Source: Tubulanus polymorphus
Lineage: Eukaryota > Animalia > Nemertea
Assembly (NCBI RefSeq): GCF_964204645.1
Contig: NC_134036.1
Coordinates: forward strand, 5,796,600 to 5,860,599
DNA: 64,000 bases
Direction: 5' to 3'
Below, in pieces: positions 61,278 to 64,000 of the stretch (within the stretch, counting starts at the first letter, position 1; each line of letters starts with the position of its first letter). The notes under the pieces are model-generated. The model saw only the letters and a list, made by a program, of their open reading frames with translations. It did not search any database and was not told the DNA's origin. The translations under genes were made by a program, and so were the position numbers.

Positions 61278-62737
61278 ATGGACCGGTTTACCGACCCGAC
61301 GACCATCGAACCGCCCGGTAATCTGGACGAACTGATCGCCAGATTGAAACAGGTTTTCGCCGAGGATAAAATCAACGTGGAATACGTCCAGGCTCTGATG
61401 ACGAGCTACAAGTCGAACCCGAAGGACTGGAAGAAATTCGCGATTTTCGACCCGTACAGGTAGGGAGCACGATAGCCACCGCCACATAGCCTATTTGTTG
61501 TTGTCACAGCCTAAAAGTAAGGTACCTAATCGTTGGTGGTTCACTCTTTAATCGGATGGGCTTTATTTTGTGAAAATATCCGATAGTGAAACTAAACCAC
61601 AGACAGGTTACTGACTAGTCACAGCCCACAGGGACTCGTCACGACTTGATAGCTGGGATTGAGAGTCCAAGATCAAAGATTTGAACCCAGCCTATCCTAG
61701 GTAGGCCTACCACCTATAAAAAAAGAACTAGAGGATACTGGGTCAAATCTTTGATTTTGGACTCCCAGTCCCAGCTATCCAGTCGTGACGAGCCCCTGTA
61801 GCTGTATCACAGCCACAGAGGTCAGTAACCTATCTGTTGTACGCGATCGGGTATTTTCATCAGCCTATCTAGCACTAAGGTCTGTTACGCTAGGTAACTA
61901 ACTAAGGGGCCCGTATCAGGGTTTGTAGTAGGCCTAGGCCTTAGTGTAAAAACGATTAGGCCTAGGCCCTTACCTGGTAATCCACAGTGTATAGGCCTAT
62001 ATATTACCTGTGTAAACACCAGTTTAACAGATTATCGTTTTTACACTTAAGTCTATTTCAACTTGACTTGAGAGCATTTCACTATCAGATGGCCTAGGTT
62101 AGTCAGTATTGGTAGTAAGTACCTAATAAAAGTCTTATTAGGACCATTAAACGAGTGGTAGGTTTGACCTGAATAAAATATTGTTGTTTTTTAATCCATT
62201 CTTCTTCATTGTATTGAAGGATATCCAAAAAGTCCATATCTAAATTAGACATTAGGCCTATCCATGGACGTATAAACTAGATTATACGTCCATGGCCTAG
62301 GCCTATGTAATCTACAACTCTGGTCAACGAGTGCCTGTGGTCGTAGTGAAGGACCTTGAGAAATTTGCTAAACGAGTGACTGGATTGAATCGATGACTGG
62401 CTAGCCTACTTCACAATCAGATATCTTAGCCATTTACGTTGATGAATTCGTGTCCCCTCTTTTTCCCGCAGATACGCCCGAAACCTGGTCGACGAGGGCA
62501 ACGGCAAGTTCAACTTGATCGCGTTGTGCTGGGGCGAGTCGAACGGCTCGAGCATCCACTCGCACGCCAACTCGCACTGCTTCATGAAGGTGCTCGACGG
62601 CGAGCTGAAGGAGACGATGTACGCGTGGCCGGCCGGGCACGAGGGCCGCGTGATCGAGGACGCCGAGCGCGACGGCTTCGTCATGCAGCCCGTCGGCGAG
62701 AACAGCTACAAACGCAACCAGTGCGCTTACATCAACG
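61278..62737 (+). CDS. CDO1: Cysteine dioxygenase type 1, first two coding exons (gene continues beyond the window)
   Basis: Exon 61278-61459 (...YKSNPKDWKKFAIFDPYR) and exon 62472-62737 (YARNLVDEGNGKFNLIALCWGESNGSSIHSHANSHCFMKVLDG...NQCAYIN). The Tyr/Arg substrate residues, HxH iron ligands and cross-link Cys are present. No further exon was recognised in the window. Confidence 0.96.
61599..61837. mobile_element. Hairpin MITE in CDO intron 1
   Basis: Long inverted repeat acagacaggttactgac...gtcagtaacctatctgt with internal arms ctcgtcacgact/agtcgtgacgag and caaagatttga/tcaaatctttg. Confidence 0.7.
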
Positions 62738-64000
62738 GTAAGTGTGTAACAACTAGCATTTTCAGTCCACTCGGGAACTAGCTCGTCAAAATAAATCCAA
62801 AGTCATCAATTCCATCTTGAACAAATATCTTTTATTCAAATGCTTGGTCGGCTTCCGACCGCAACAACTGCTCAGTACAAACTGCCCGCTAAAAGTGTGT
62901 GTCGCGTCTCCAATTCTATCCCAACTGACTCTTATATCTATATTCGTGCTTAGTAACAAAAACTTAGGTATGAAAAACAAAGGTGAGCAGAAAATTTGAG
63001 CAACAACATGCCATAAGAATATATGACTAATTACTTTACAAACACGACTAACAAATACATTTCTACACAAAACAACAAGTTGCTATAAGACTTATAGCAA
63101 CTTATTAAGTGTTAGGCCTACACAAACTGATAATGACTTTATTATCCAATGGGGACTGTAGGTCCGCGTAGTGCGGGGGTTTAGAGGGTTCGAACACCCC
63201 GCTGTCTCGGAGTTCTCTATAGGGTTTTCGAGTTTTCAAAGAGTACAATTTCTCTATAGAATATAGGCTATTTCTCTTCACCATAGAGTTTTAAAAATGG
63301 GGCTGCATTCTTCATGGCTAATATTGTATTATATCCTGGCTGCTGAAGTAGCAAGGCTTTCGATCTACCGCCCGAAGAAGATATCGAAGATTTTTTTTAT
63401 TCGATTTGAACACTTTATTTTTCAAATATAATTTACAGCATAGTGTACAAAGCATAATACCAAATACAGTAAATTAATGCTGGAGGGGCCTGTAGAAACT
63501 AAGGAATAGTTTGCATAAAACAGGTCCCTCAACAGAGAAAAGAAAAAAAGAGAAATGCAATAAAGCAAAAAAATATGCTCACAGTCAACCCTTAACACAC
63601 AAAATGCAAACAAAGTAAACTATGATTACAGCTTGATTAAGATGTTATCATTTAATAAGCCAGTTGTTCTCTGTACTATTTCAAAAACAATAATTTTAGT
63701 TCGAATAACTGTATGATAAAATCAAGTACAAAGTTGCTTTCTATAATTTCTTCGGAAGATTTAAGCATACTTTCGGTGTAATCTTCTATTTTCCACATTA
63801 GCTCGATGTATTTCGAAGCAATGTTAGAATATTGACATCTAGAGGTGTAGAAGATAATTCGTAAGTTGTGTCTGAAAGAAGTGGCCACCCCTCGAAAACA
63901 TGTCGCGGAGTTCACGGCAGGGTCACGTCATTTTCGCTTGTTTATTCCAGGGAGAATGGGCCTCTAGACCCCTGTTCAGTTCTAACTGAGATTAGAAACG

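Overview
Eukaryotic (animal) genomic DNA with GT-AG introns, many MITEs and minisatellites. It is probably from a marine invertebrate; that is an inference and the taxon cannot be fixed from the sequence. Left to right: (1) three tandem minus-strand paralogues of an unrecognised secreted protein family, mostly missed by the ORF track because it is split into 7-8 small exons (signal peptide, His/Gln/Pro/Tyr/Gly-rich micro-exon modules, a VCxxYPxxPxC linker and a divergent CUB-like domain); (2) LINE remnants with a nested MITE; (3) a tandem cluster of intronless FMRFamide-receptor-like class A GPCRs (two intact, one truncated pseudogene); (4) a Penelope-like remnant with a minimal hammerhead ribozyme; (5) a 678-aa ORF with two widely separated C2H2 zinc fingers; (6) a complete 6-exon AP-3 sigma subunit gene whose intron 2 holds an antisense GPCR with a 1-nt homopolymer frameshift and three more hammerhead-like motifs, and whose intron 5 holds a foldback element with a palindromic satellite; (7) the first two coding exons of cysteine dioxygenase. 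The best candidate for an undescribed system is the micro-exon, CUB-like secreted gene trio (His-rich in two of three copies) with shared promoter and intronic regulatory motifs.
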